Assembly (NCBI GenBank): GCA_913040915.1
Contig: CAJWHW010000003.1
Span: forward strand, 20,145-84,144
Length of the DNA: 64,000 nucleotides
Reading direction: 5' to 3'
DNA from: an uncultured Fidelibacterota bacterium
GTDB lineage: Bacteria; Fidelibacterota; Marinisomatia; Marinisomatales; UBA1611
Position numbers and translations under genes: made by a program. The number at the start of each line of letters is the position of its first letter. The first letter of the stretch is position 1. Of this stretch, positions 1 through 10,491 are shown piece by piece. Under the pieces are notes generated by a model, which saw only the letters and a program-made list of their open reading frames with translations, was not told the origin of the DNA and did not search any database.

Positions 1-1
1 T

Positions 2-367
2 TTTATTTGCAACTTGAGGACGAACACCGCTATAACCTTTTACATATGTTAATAATTTTAAGATAAATATAGATCGTACAACTCCTGGTTCTAAAGGATC
101 CCCAAAGCCAGAAGCATGACTGCGAACTAAATTCAATTGTAGTTGTTTTTGGTCTCGTGGCTTAATGGAATGCTGACTGAGTTTTCCAAAACCAGTATTT
201 ACGCCATAAATTATTTTTCCAGCTTCTATTTGACTAAGGAGAAGCTGACGTGATCTTTTTAAATTTTTGACTGATTCTTTGGTGATAGAAACCTTTACAG
301 GTCCCTTAAAAAGTGGGGCAAAATCCTTATAAGAAAAAGAACGGGGTGAAATACTTAGGTTTTCCAT
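2..367 (-). CDS. hutH: Histidine ammonia-lyase, 5' part (runs off window start)
   Basis: Not in ORF track. Manual translation from ATG at 367: MENLSISPRSFSY...IYGVNTGFGKLS...LQLNLVRSHASGFG...KGYSGVR, the HAL/PAL family motifs. Confidence 0.9.
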   Translation of the reverse strand, partial: MENLSISPRSFSYKDFAPLFKGPVKVSITKESVKNLKRSRQLLLSQIEAGKIIYGVNTGFGKLSQHSIKPRDQKQLQLNLVRSHASGFGDPLEPGVVRSIFILKLLTYVKGYSGVRPQVANK

Positions 368-447
368 CGACTAATTTAGGATTTTGTAACCTTTCATTCA
401 AAATATTGTTAGGCAACATAATGAATCTATTACGATTAGGAAATAGT

Positions 448-3261
448 TTAAGATTGAATTGATTCCAAATGAGAGAAAACACTCATTTTTACAGGAATGG
501 AATTAGCAAATATTTCGCCATATCGTTTTGTCACAATTCTATTATCTAAGCAAATAAATTTACCATTGTCATAGGTCGTTCTTATCAATCGACCAAATCC
601 TTGCCGAAATCGGATAGCGCATTCTGGCAATGCATACTCCATGAAACTATTTCCACCATACTTATTAATATAATCACCATAAGATTTAACTAAAGGTTCG
701 GTTGGCACATCAAAGGGCAATTTAACTAATACTAGTATTTCTAATAGATCGCCAGGTAGGTCGACACCTTCCCAAAAACTGTTTGTACCAAATAAAATAC
801 CATCAGGTTGTTGATGCATTCCTTTAATAATTGCAGGCCTTGATGCACCTCTGATTTGGGCAAATAACGGTAAATCCCTACCACCTGGTTTTTCTCTTAG
901 AAAATTTGCTGTATCGGAAAGTAACTTTCTTGATGTGAATAATACCATCATCCGTTTTCCATAGGTATTATGTAAATGATAAACTAAATCTGAAATTTTT
1001 TCTGGATTATTTGAAATTTCACTTAACCCACCATATTGATAGTAGTTTACCTGCTCTTCATATATAAAAGGGCTTGAAAATTCTTTTGTTATGATATTTT
1101 CTTGTTCAAAAAGTCCTGATCTTTTCAAAAAATAATCAAATTTATTATTAACCTTTAATGTTGCGGATGTTAGGAATGTGTGATCAAATCGACTAAAAAG
1201 CTTTGCATTGAGTGTTTCAGCAACATCTACTATAGATGCATGAAGAGAGATGATTAATTTTTCATTAGAAGTATTTCGTTTAAAATAATCACCTTCCATC
1301 CAATAAACCCAATCTAAATCTTGATTCTCCGTCAATCGAATTAGGTTTGTCATGAGTCCCATTATTGTATCTGAGCTTCTATCCAGAACAGAATGTAGTA
1401 CTGGGTATTCTGATCTTTTTGGGTCTAGTTCTAAAATTGCTTTTTTAAGTTGATCAAGAATTTTGAAGATTATTTCTAATCCCTGTTTTAAGGTAAATAT
1501 TTCTGTCTGAACAAAATTATAGGTTTGCTCAATATTATTAAGTATAGGTTTATCTTGATAAGCTTTAGTAGGCGTAAACCTGTGTTGATTATCTTCGGCT
1601 AGATTAATCATAAAATCTTTTAAAATATTTTGGGCTTCCTTTATGGCATCCTTCAATTCATTTCGCATTTTAGTAATACCGGGCTCTAGTTCCCCTATTT
1701 GATTGAGCATATTATTCCATCTAGCAGATCTGGGAAATGATGGATCTATTGATTGAAGTAAATGTGCTGTTCTCTTTTCACTCCAATCAGTTTTAAACTG
1801 ATCATAAGCTGATTTAATGAGATTATGACTCTCATCTACAACTACAGCATTAAATTGAGGTAAAAAACCAGGAGATTCAGCTTCGGTCATCAATAAAGAA
1901 TGATTTATCACAAGTATATTCGCTTTATAAATTTCAATTTTTAGTTTGCCATAGTAGCAACCATGGTTCCGGTTACAAACTTCTCCAGTACAAAATCCCG
2001 GTTCACTACAGATAGCAGATTTAAGCCATGTTCTCCTTGAATTCAGAAACCCTGAGCATTCGGAAAGGTCTCCAGTCTTCGTCCACTCTAGCCAGAAAAG
2101 TAATGGGAGTAATGCTTCTATATCAATTTCATCAAGGGTTTTATAATCCCCGATTAACCAATTAAAACGAGTTTTACAAACATAATTGTTACGTCCCTTC
2201 ATCATAACTGCTTTAATGGTCACATTTAGAGATTCTGCTAATAAGGGTAAATCTTTATAAAATAACTGATCTTGCAAGGGTTTGGTATTGCAGGCAATTA
2301 CAGTTGGACCATCTTCTTCTGATTGTAAAGACTTTTTAAAGGCGCCGAATAAGTAGGCTAATGATTTTCCCAAACCTGTACCTGCTTCAGCAACTCCAAC
2401 AAACTTTTCACCATTTAAGACCGTTTCAGCCATTTCAGCATAAGAAACTTGATTTAAACGGTGTTCAAAATTTGGATGGACAGATGTCAATAAGCCATTA
2501 GGGCCAAAAACGTCTTTAGCCGAAATTTCAGAAATTGAGTTTTTACCTTGCCACCTAAATGTATTTCCATGGTAATCGTGTGTTAACTTTAAGTTAGTGA
2601 GACCTTGTTTCATGTCTCCCCTCTTCGTCAATTCATTGCCAAGGTCCACATATAATTGTTTATTGGGAATTTCAGAACCTTTTATAAGGGATAAAACCTT
2701 TGAAATTACTTCCAGAGGATAACATGCTAAATGCTCAACCAACTTGATAAAAATAAGACCTGTATTTTCAGTATCTTTCTCAGCTCTATGGGCTCCTTTT
2801 GATGATAATCCAAAATGCTCTGATAATGCACTCAGATTAAAAACTGGTAAATCAAAATATAACGATCGAGCTAACTGCAATGTGTCATATTTTAAATTAT
2901 CGGGTTCATCTCTACCCAGTCTAGTACATAACTGACTTAAAAACTTTTCATCAAAATGAATATTATGGGCGACTAGTGGATTATCACCCAAAAAGTGAAG
3001 AAAATCATCGACTATCAATTCTTCTGTCGGTGCTGTACTCACCATTTTATTTGAAATGCCGGTGATCTCTGTGATCATTGGGGAGATATCTCTTTCTGGA
3101 TTAATTAAAGATACAAATCGATCTGAAATTTCTCCATCGATAAAACGAATAGCAGCAATTTCAATAATTCGGTCATTATAGGGGTCTAAGCCTGTCGTCT
3201 CATAATCAAAAGCAGTGAATTGAGAAAGATTTAATTTTTGTAATACTTCTTTTATTTTCAA
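448..3261 (-). CDS. dinG: DEDDh 3'-5' exonuclease (DnaQ-like) fused to DinG-family helicase
   Basis: N-terminal FDYETTG, AHNIHFD and HRAEKD exonuclease motifs; AGTGLGKS Walker A; VVVDESH; SATL; FWEGVD; QGFGRLIR helicase motifs. Confidence 0.9.
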   Translation of the reverse strand: MKIKEVLQKLNLSQFTAFDYETTGLDPYNDRIIEIAAIRFIDGEISDRFVSLINPERDISPMITEITGISNKMVSTAPTEELIVDDFLHFLGDNPLVAHNIHFDEKFLSQLCTRLGRDEPDNLKYDTLQLARSLYFDLPVFNLSALSEHFGLSSKGAHRAEKDTENTGLIFIKLVEHLACYPLEVISKVLSLIKGSEIPNKQLYVDLGNELTKRGDMKQGLTNLKLTHDYHGNTFRWQGKNSISEISAKDVFGPNGLLTSVHPNFEHRLNQVSYAEMAETVLNGEKFVGVAEAGTGLGKSLAYLFGAFKKSLQSEEDGPTVIACNTKPLQDQLFYKDLPLLAESLNVTIKAVMMKGRNNYVCKTRFNWLIGDYKTLDEIDIEALLPLLFWLEWTKTGDLSECSGFLNSRRTWLKSAICSEPGFCTGEVCNRNHGCYYGKLKIEIYKANILVINHSLLMTEAESPGFLPQFNAVVVDESHNLIKSAYDQFKTDWSEKRTAHLLQSIDPSFPRSARWNNMLNQIGELEPGITKMRNELKDAIKEAQNILKDFMINLAEDNQHRFTPTKAYQDKPILNNIEQTYNFVQTEIFTLKQGLEIIFKILDQLKKAILELDPKRSEYPVLHSVLDRSSDTIMGLMTNLIRLTENQDLDWVYWMEGDYFKRNTSNEKLIISLHASIVDVAETLNAKLFSRFDHTFLTSATLKVNNKFDYFLKRSGLFEQENIITKEFSSPFIYEEQVNYYQYGGLSEISNNPEKISDLVYHLHNTYGKRMMVLFTSRKLLSDTANFLREKPGGRDLPLFAQIRGASRPAIIKGMHQQPDGILFGTNSFWEGVDLPGDLLEILVLVKLPFDVPTEPLVKSYGDYINKYGGNSFMEYALPECAIRFRQGFGRLIRTTYDNGKFICLDNRIVTKRYGEIFANSIPVKMSVFSHLESIQS

Positions 3262-3273
3262 TGGTTATTCAAA

Positions 3274-4488
3274 TCAGGAAAAAAGGATTTTAAAATAAAA
3301 TAAAGGATTGGATAGTTCATCTTTTGGAATTTCATGTGATAACATTCCTGAGATGATCTCTTGGACCTCTTCATTTCTGGCAGCTCGATTAATTACAAAG
3401 TTTAATAAAAAGCGTGACCTGGCAAGATTTTGTAATTTGGTGCTTGTCCTGAGTTCTTTACCAATTTCGTACCATAATAATTGATCATATTCGCTAAATG
3501 CATTTTTAGAATAATTTCCCGATGTTTTACTTTTTGCTGCAATCTGCATTGCATATTTTGCAGATACCATTGCATTTCCAATCCCTTCACCTGTGAATGG
3601 ATCAATCAAACCTGCCGCATCTCCTAACAGCATAAATCCATTCCCATGATTTTCCCTATGGATCCTTCCTAATGGTAAATTCCAACCAATTGGTTTTTCT
3701 AATTGTTTAGCTCCTTCAAATCGATCTTTGAAATATTCAGAATTTGTAATTTCATCCAAAATTTGTGTAAGCGTTCGACTATCTTTTTTGATATCATTTT
3801 TACTAAGACCTAAACCTATATTGGCAATACCATTTCCAGCTGGAAATAACCAAAAATATCCTGGATTAACCTCCTTCACATAATGCAATTCTATTTGATC
3901 CTTAAGACCTTTTACACCTTCATAATAACAACGAATTGCAACTGAAGTGTTATCCATATCCATTTCATACAGTCCTAACTTCCTAGCAACAATCGAATTA
4001 TACCCATCACACCCCATTACAATCGATGCTTCAATTTTCTGTTTATCTCCTTTTTTTTTCCTACCTTCAATACCAACAACTCTTCCATTATCTTGAAGTA
4101 AGTCTGTTACAGAAAAACCCTGAATTGTATCGGTAACTTTTTCTGCTTGTTGGAAAAGAAAATGATCAAAAATCTCCCGTTTTATCACAAATCCTTTTGT
4201 GATATAATCATTCTTTTTTGAACCATTGAGATAAACATTAAAATTTTTATGACTTGGAGCGCCAAAGGTGATTCTATTGATAACTGCACCATCAAGATTT
4301 TCAATTTCTTCTAATAAATCAAGTTCACGGAATATTCTAACTGATTTTCCCGATAGAGCATCACCACATATCTTATCTCTTGGAAAGGTAGATTTATCAA
4401 CTAATAGACACTTTAGGCCTGCTCTATGTGCATATAATGCGGCTGTAGAGCCAGCTGGACCAGCACCTACAATAATAACATCATACAT
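3274..4488 (-). CDS. Geranylgeranyl reductase family FAD-dependent oxidoreductase
   Basis: DVIIVGAGPAGS, FPRDKICGDA, PGYFWLFP and GDAAGLIDPFTGEGIGNA motifs. Confidence 0.88.
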   Translation of the reverse strand: MYDVIIVGAGPAGSTAALYAHRAGLKCLLVDKSTFPRDKICGDALSGKSVRIFRELDLLEEIENLDGAVINRITFGAPSHKNFNVYLNGSKKNDYITKGFVIKREIFDHFLFQQAEKVTDTIQGFSVTDLLQDNGRVVGIEGRKKKGDKQKIEASIVMGCDGYNSIVARKLGLYEMDMDNTSVAIRCYYEGVKGLKDQIELHYVKEVNPGYFWLFPAGNGIANIGLGLSKNDIKKDSRTLTQILDEITNSEYFKDRFEGAKQLEKPIGWNLPLGRIHRENHGNGFMLLGDAAGLIDPFTGEGIGNAMVSAKYAMQIAAKSKTSGNYSKNAFSEYDQLLWYEIGKELRTSTKLQNLARSRFLLNFVINRAARNEEVQEIISGMLSHEIPKDELSNPLFYFKILFS

Positions 4489-4490
4489 TT

Positions 4491-5303
4491 CTATAAATCA
4501 TCAGAAAAATCCACACCAAAAGATGGATATACAATTCCATATCGAAAATAATTCACAACTCTTAGCATGTAAAATAACAATGCAATTGGAATGAAAAACC
4601 AAGGCGCTCGAACACATAAAAACATAGCAAAAATAAATAGAGGATAAAATCTTACACGCTGTAAATGACGGATTCGATTAGGCCAGATCAACGTAATAAG
4701 AGGAAAAGGTAAGGTAACCATTCCTGCCGTACTAATAATTGGGTCATCAAAATAAAAGCCTAAGATAACTGCTGCTGATAATGATAATGTTGAAAATAAA
4801 AAATTTTGTTCTTTTTGATCCCAGTCAAAATTATACCATTCACCCTTTGTCTCATCGTATTCAAGATTAACTTGAAAAGCAAATAAACATCCCATAAATG
4901 CAAAAACATATGGGGTGATTCCTATAAAATTTGCAATTGAAGCGCGATGATCTATCCATCCAATTAAAATTAAAAGTAAGGCTATGAAAGTATGGAGAAA
5001 TATTTCACTTCCACTTAATCTCTTTAATCCAGCTATCCAAAAAGATTTTGGTTTTAAAATAAAATAAAATAAGACTGTTACAGCAATAAGCTTTATGAGT
5101 CCATATTCCCACCCAGTCCAATCCATGTAGACAAATCGGTTTTCCTGTCCTGAACCGAGTACAAATCCTGATACGGTTAAAGTCCAAATAGAGAATAATT
5201 GAGTGATGCTTATGGCATCTAGCTTTTTTCCAAAATCCGAAAAACGATTCCTGTTCCTATTGTAAAATTTTGAATCTGGTGGAAAAATTCGTTCAACAAT
5301 CAT
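4491..5303 (-). CDS. Polytopic membrane protein, unknown function (possibly divergent UbiA-like)
   Basis: 270 aa with about 7-8 hydrophobic segments; 2-3 nt from neighbours on both sides; no Asp-rich UbiA motif. Confidence 0.6.
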   Translation of the reverse strand: MIVERIFPPDSKFYNRNRNRFSDFGKKLDAISITQLFSIWTLTVSGFVLGSGQENRFVYMDWTGWEYGLIKLIAVTVLFYFILKPKSFWIAGLKRLSGSEIFLHTFIALLLILIGWIDHRASIANFIGITPYVFAFMGCLFAFQVNLEYDETKGEWYNFDWDQKEQNFLFSTLSLSAAVILGFYFDDPIISTAGMVTLPFPLITLIWPNRIRHLQRVRFYPLFIFAMFLCVRAPWFFIPIALLFYMLRVVNYFRYGIVYPSFGVDFSDDL

Positions 5304-5306
5304 TTT

Positions 5307-6674
5307 TTAACCAACTATAGGTGATCCGGTAACAAGCGAAATAATTTCATTTAGAAGAATAAAGCCTACCACAATTGCAGAAATTGAGAATAAAATTTTA
5401 ACAAGCCCACCATCAATATCTTTATCCATCCCTTTTGATAAATCACGAATAAATTCAGATACTCCCCATTTGTAAAGAACAAATACTGCAGTCAAAAGTC
5501 CACCTATAGGCAGCATGTATTTTGATGATAAATAATCTAATACATCAAAGAAACTCATATCAAAAATCGAAGTGATATTGAATGCTCCCATGGACAGAGA
5601 ACAAAATACACCTACCACAGTCACGACTGATCCAAAAATTATGGTGGCTTTTTCACGACCCCAGCCTTTTGCATCGATGAAATATGCTGTTATCACTTCT
5701 AAAATAGAAATTGCAGAAGTCAAAGCAGCCATAAATAATAGAAAGAAAAATAATGATCCCCATATTGCACCACCAGCCAGTTTAGGAAAAATAGTTGGCA
5801 ATACTATAAAAATGAGTCCAGCACCTTCGCTGGGATTAGCCCCCATAGCAAAAACAGTTGCAAATATCGCTACACCCGCCATCATAGCAATAAGCGTATC
5901 CAACATTATTATCCAAACAGCAGACGTCAATAAATTTTGATCTTCTTTTAGGTAACTACCATATGTTATCATAGTTCCCATTCCTAAACTTAGAGTAAAA
6001 AATGAATGTCCTAATGCTAATACGATGCTTGATGCAGTTAAATCATCAAATTTAGGTTTAAATAAAAATTCCAATGCCTGTGCTCCATTTGGTAATGTTA
6101 AACCTCGTACCATGAGCATTACCAGAATAACTAAGATAGCAGGCATCATAATTTTTGTCCATTTTTCAATCCCTCCTTTTACTCCTTGTATGATAACAAA
6201 AATAGTGATTATCATAAAGATAATTTGCCAAAAAACAGGAGGAATTGTATCTGAAATAAAATCTGAAAATAACTTACCTGAGACTTCAGGTTTCCCTGCT
6301 AAATCCTGAAAACCACCTGTCAGAGAAATAAGTGTATACTTCATTGTCCATCCCCCAACAACACCATAAAAGGATAGAATTACAAATGCCGATGCCACAC
6401 CAAGCATTCCTACCCATTTCCAATTGGAATTTGGGGCAACGGTTGCAAAAGCGCCTACAGGACTTAATTGCGTTTTTCTCCCTAACACAAATTCACCAAT
6501 TACGATAGGCAGACCAACAACAAAAATGCAAAGTAAATAAACAACTGTGAATGCTGCCCCACCATTCTCACCCGCCATATGTGGATATTTCCAAATGTTT
6601 CCCAAACCTACTGCGGAACCCGATGCTGCTAAAATAAATCCTATTCTTGATCCCCACTGCTCTCGATTATTCAT
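5307..6674 (-). CDS. Sodium-dependent transporter, NSS/SNF family
   Basis: REQWGSRIGFILAASGSAVGLGNIWKYP...GGAAF; FFTLSLGMGTMITYGSY. Confidence 0.95.
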   Translation of the reverse strand: MNNREQWGSRIGFILAASGSAVGLGNIWKYPHMAGENGGAAFTVVYLLCIFVVGLPIVIGEFVLGRKTQLSPVGAFATVAPNSNWKWVGMLGVASAFVILSFYGVVGGWTMKYTLISLTGGFQDLAGKPEVSGKLFSDFISDTIPPVFWQIIFMIITIFVIIQGVKGGIEKWTKIMMPAILVILVMLMVRGLTLPNGAQALEFLFKPKFDDLTASSIVLALGHSFFTLSLGMGTMITYGSYLKEDQNLLTSAVWIIMLDTLIAMMAGVAIFATVFAMGANPSEGAGLIFIVLPTIFPKLAGGAIWGSLFFFLLFMAALTSAISILEVITAYFIDAKGWGREKATIIFGSVVTVVGVFCSLSMGAFNITSIFDMSFFDVLDYLSSKYMLPIGGLLTAVFVLYKWGVSEFIRDLSKGMDKDIDGGLVKILFSISAIVVGFILLNEIISLVTGSPIVG

Positions 6675-7083
6675 TTATATTTTCTTCCTTCTCTTCATTT
6701 TCTATTGGACTTTCCATTACCTGATCGAATTTATCCAAGTGTGCATCTACAATAGCATCAATCATACCGTAAACGTAAATAATTCCTATCCACCAAGCAT
6801 ATTTATTCCGTTTGGAAAGATAACGATACTTTGATAATTCACGATTCTTCAAATCATAATTATTATATATGTTTTTATTTCGAGACCAAGCTTCATAAGC
6901 AGCATATTCTAAACTAATGATTATTAAAGATTTGACCCATTTACCGTTATATACCTGTCCCAACCCTGGTACGAGAGAAAAATAGAATGCTTTTCTTGGG
7001 CTTTTTGTTTGAATATTCTCTTTGGTATTAGCAAGGATAATTCCAGAAATCAAAATTGTGCATATTAAATATTTATGATCCAT
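6667..7083 (-). CDS. DUF5683-like membrane protein
   Basis: SPRKAFYFSLVPGLGQVYNGKWVK and IDAIVDAHL motifs; start set at ATG 7083 (MDHKY) to avoid overlapping ridA. Confidence 0.75.
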   Translation of the reverse strand: MDHKYLICTILISGIILANTKENIQTKSPRKAFYFSLVPGLGQVYNGKWVKSLIIISLEYAAYEAWSRNKNIYNNYDLKNRELSKYRYLSKRNKYAWWIGIIYVYGMIDAIVDAHLDKFDQVMESPIENEEKEENINE

Positions 7084-7091
7084 TGAATTAA

Positions 7092-7472
7092 CTAACCAAA
7101 AGCGATACATTCTATTTCAACCTTTGCCCCTAAAGGAAGAGCTGAAACTTCGACGGTAGATCTGGCTGGATAGTCAACATCACCAAAAAAATCTTTAAAT
7201 GATTCATTTACATAATTAAAACCACCCAAATCAGTTAAAAATACTGTCAGTTTAACTATATGAGTTTTATCTACTCCAGATTCTTTTAGTATCGCTTCAA
7301 TATTTTGCAACGCTCGAAATGCTTCTGATTTAATTCCGCCTTCTACAAGTTTTTGCGTATAGTGATCAATTCCAAGTTGACCTGAAGTAAAAATAAAACC
7401 GTTATACTGTACTGCTTGATTATAGGTGCCAATTGCTGCAGGTGCAGCATTTGTTTGGATGATTTTCTTCAT
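7092..7472 (-). CDS. ridA: RidA/YjgF family reactive-intermediate deaminase
   Basis: APAAIGTYNQA, SGQ and PARSTVEVSALPLGAKVEIECIA motifs. Confidence 0.93.
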   Translation of the reverse strand: MKKIIQTNAAPAAIGTYNQAVQYNGFIFTSGQLGIDHYTQKLVEGGIKSEAFRALQNIEAILKESGVDKTHIVKLTVFLTDLGGFNYVNESFKDFFGDVDYPARSTVEVSALPLGAKVEIECIAFG

Positions 7473-7912
7473 AATAGTGATTCAAGTTTGTTTTCTAGAC
7501 ATATACATGGAAGTCCTATGTCTTCATTAAGCTCTCTATATGCATCTCCGGAAAATTTTCTTAGAAAAAATTCACCAACAGCAGCAACGGTTGTCTCAAA
7601 TAAATGACCACCAACGGTTTTCATTTCATGATTGGATAATATAACATGAGCATGTACAAATGGTTCTCCATCTTTTAAAGTCACATTCCCTTCATAGCTT
7701 ACCAGTTCCCAGACATCATCAAAGTGATTTTGAAAATATTCTTTTTTTTCTGTATCATAAGCACCAATTCCAGTTTCCTTTACCGCACCAATCCCTGAAA
7801 TTTTTGCATTTTTAATATTTTGATCTTTACAAAATTGAGTTAAAGTACTCATAACTTTTTCATTTTTTTCAATATATATAAAATAATCTATACCTTTACA
7901 TTGAAACTGCAT
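7469..7912 (-). CDS. PPC/DUF296 domain protein
   Basis: ISGIGA, ELVSYEGNV, PFVHAHV and GGHL motifs. Confidence 0.9.
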   Translation of the reverse strand: MQFQCKGIDYFIYIEKNEKVMSTLTQFCKDQNIKNAKISGIGAVKETGIGAYDTEKKEYFQNHFDDVWELVSYEGNVTLKDGEPFVHAHVILSNHEMKTVGGHLFETTVAAVGEFFLRKFSGDAYRELNEDIGLPCICLENKLESLL

Positions 7913-7915
7913 CTT

Positions 7916-10489
7916 TTATCCTTTCAATACATCTGTTATCAATTCATGAGTTTTTTCCATCACTAGTTCTAAAGACTTTATATCTTTGCCACCAGCGGTT
8001 GCAAGATGGTGTTTACCGCCGCCGCCACCACCCATAAATCCGCCGATTATTTTGGCTAAATTTTCGGCCGTAACACCTTTATCTATAAGGTCGTTTGAAA
8101 CTATAATTACGGCAGACGGCTTACCTTCTACTTCACTAAAGAGAATACCAACTCCGCTACTCAAGTGTTGAAATAATTTATCTCCCAAGCCCTTCAGCTG
8201 ATCCATTGAATTTGTATTTACTTGTTTTAATAGTATTTGATAATCTCCAATGGATTCAATTTCCTTTGATAAATCCAAATCTTGATTGGATTGCAAAAAG
8301 TGATGTTTTAGTTGTTTTTCCAGGTCCTTCTTTTCATTGAGAAGATTTTCTACACGTTCAGTAATGTCATTTGGTGGTGTTTTTAGTATTTCCTGTAACT
8401 CTTGTAATATAAACGAATTCTCCTGCATTTTTTCTACAGATTTTTTTCCAGTGATAGCTACAATACGCCGAACACCTGATGAAAGTGAAGATTCTTCAGT
8501 TATTTTAAAAGAACCAATATCTCCGGCACGATCTACGTGCGTACCACCACATAATTCCATAGAAAATTCGCCCACTTTAACCACCCTCACTTTTTCACCA
8601 TATTTTTCTCCAAATATAGCCTCTGCACCTTCGGATTTTGCTTCATCAAAACTTTTAACTGAAACTTCTAAATTACTATTTAACAGAATTTGCTTATTAA
8701 CTATTGTTTCAATTTGTATAATTTGGTCTGTAGATATTTTTTCAAAATGAGTTAAATCAAATCTTAGATAATCTGGATGGACCAAAGAACCAGCTTGATT
8801 CACATGCTCACCAAGAACTTTCTTAAGAGCTTTATGCATTAGATGTGTTGCAGTATGATTCTTACGAATAGATTGACGACGTGGCTCATCCACCCTACAC
8901 TGTACCATGCCTTTTCCTTCCATAGATCCTGTACAGATATGGATGAATGAATCGTTATCCTTTTTTACATCCAATACATGAAGGGAAATTCCGTCTCCTG
9001 TAATGGATCCTTGATCCCCAATTTGGCCCCCAGATTCCGCATAAAATGGTGTTTGATTTAAAACTACAAAAATTTGGTCTTCTAAAATAGAATATTGCCG
9101 AATTTCTGCTTCGCATTCTATTGTTTCATATCCTAAAAATTCAGAGTCATCACCTTTGGAAACAATTATCCACTCTGTTTTATCTGTCTCAGTTTTGAAG
9201 TTACCTGAGTCCTTAGCCCGTTTTTTTTGGTCATCCATAGCACTGATAAACCCTTTTTCATCCACAGCTAAATGTCTTTCACGGGCCATTAGCTGCGTAA
9301 GGTCCAATGGAAATCCATACGTGTCATAAAGCTTAAATGCATCTGAGCCACTGATCTCTGACCCTTCCAATTTGGCAACTATTTTTTCAAAATGATTGAT
9401 ACCGCGATCTAAAGTATGATTAAAAGATGATTCTTCAGATTCAATAACTTTTTCTAAATGAGCCTTTTTTTCCACAACTTCAGGGAAAATACTACCCATA
9501 ATCCCTCCAACGGTTTCTACCAGTTTATATAAGAAAGGATCGTATAGGCCAAGTGTCCTCCCAAACCGGGCACCACGCCTTAATATTCTCCTTAAAACGT
9601 ATCCACGACCTTCATTAGATGGCAGAGCACCATCTGCAATGGAAAAGCACAACATACGAATGTGATCTGCAATCACTCGAAAAGGGATTGGGTTTTTTTC
9701 ATATGATGTATTTGATAGAGTCTCTATCCTTCTGATAATAGGTAAAAACAGATCCGTGTCATAATTACTATTTTTACCTTGAAGAACTGCTGCTATACGT
9801 TCTAGTCCAGCACCAGTATCCACATGTTTATCTGGAAGATCTTCCAAAGAACCATTTTTATTACGATTATTTTGGATGAAAACTAGATTCCATAATTCCC
9901 AGTATTGTTCCGATTTATTGACACCTGAAGAATCTTGTTTTTTTAGATCATCCCCTACAAAATAATGTATTTCTGAGCATGGGCCACAAGGTCCAGTCTC
10001 GCCCATTTCCCAAAAGTTATCTTTTTTACCACAGCGTAATATTCGTTCATCTGGGATATCTGTGATATCCATCCAAAGGTTGTAAGCTTCGTCATCGTCC
10101 TTATAAACTGTAGCCCAAAGACGTTCCTTATCTAATTTCCATACTTCTGTTAATAACTCCCAGGCCCATTTTATAGCTTCTTTTTTATAATAATCACCAA
10201 AGGACCAATTCCCAAGCATTTCAAAAAATGTATGATGAAATGTATCTACACCAACTTCTTCCAAATCATTATGTTTACCTGACACTCTTATGCATTTTTG
10301 GCTGTTTACTGCACGAATACTTTTTGGTTTTGCTTGACCTAAAAAGATTGGTTTAAATTGATTCATTCCTGCATTGGTAAATAAAAGAGTCGGATCATCA
10401 TGGGGAACAACAGAAGAACTTCGAACAACTTTGTGATCTATATCTTCAAAATATTTTATAAATGAGTTTCTAATATCTGTGGAATTCAT
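7916..10489 (-). CDS. alaS: Alanine--tRNA ligase
   Basis: DPTLLFTNAGMNQFK, HHTFFEMLGNWSFGDY, editing HTATH and ELCGGTH, C-terminal GGGGGG. Confidence 0.99.
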   Translation of the reverse strand: MNSTDIRNSFIKYFEDIDHKVVRSSSVVPHDDPTLLFTNAGMNQFKPIFLGQAKPKSIRAVNSQKCIRVSGKHNDLEEVGVDTFHHTFFEMLGNWSFGDYYKKEAIKWAWELLTEVWKLDKERLWATVYKDDDEAYNLWMDITDIPDERILRCGKKDNFWEMGETGPCGPCSEIHYFVGDDLKKQDSSGVNKSEQYWELWNLVFIQNNRNKNGSLEDLPDKHVDTGAGLERIAAVLQGKNSNYDTDLFLPIIRRIETLSNTSYEKNPIPFRVIADHIRMLCFSIADGALPSNEGRGYVLRRILRRGARFGRTLGLYDPFLYKLVETVGGIMGSIFPEVVEKKAHLEKVIESEESSFNHTLDRGINHFEKIVAKLEGSEISGSDAFKLYDTYGFPLDLTQLMARERHLAVDEKGFISAMDDQKKRAKDSGNFKTETDKTEWIIVSKGDDSEFLGYETIECEAEIRQYSILEDQIFVVLNQTPFYAESGGQIGDQGSITGDGISLHVLDVKKDNDSFIHICTGSMEGKGMVQCRVDEPRRQSIRKNHTATHLMHKALKKVLGEHVNQAGSLVHPDYLRFDLTHFEKISTDQIIQIETIVNKQILLNSNLEVSVKSFDEAKSEGAEAIFGEKYGEKVRVVKVGEFSMELCGGTHVDRAGDIGSFKITEESSLSSGVRRIVAITGKKSVEKMQENSFILQELQEILKTPPNDITERVENLLNEKKDLEKQLKHHFLQSNQDLDLSKEIESIGDYQILLKQVNTNSMDQLKGLGDKLFQHLSSGVGILFSEVEGKPSAVIIVSNDLIDKGVTAENLAKIIGGFMGGGGGGKHHLATAGGKDIKSLELVMEKTHELITDVLKG

Positions 10490-10491
10490 AA

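Noticed and set aside
4051..4059. T9 homopolymer as a phase-variation or frameshift site
   Set aside because: Frame is intact (Lys codons) and such runs are expected in AT-rich DNA.
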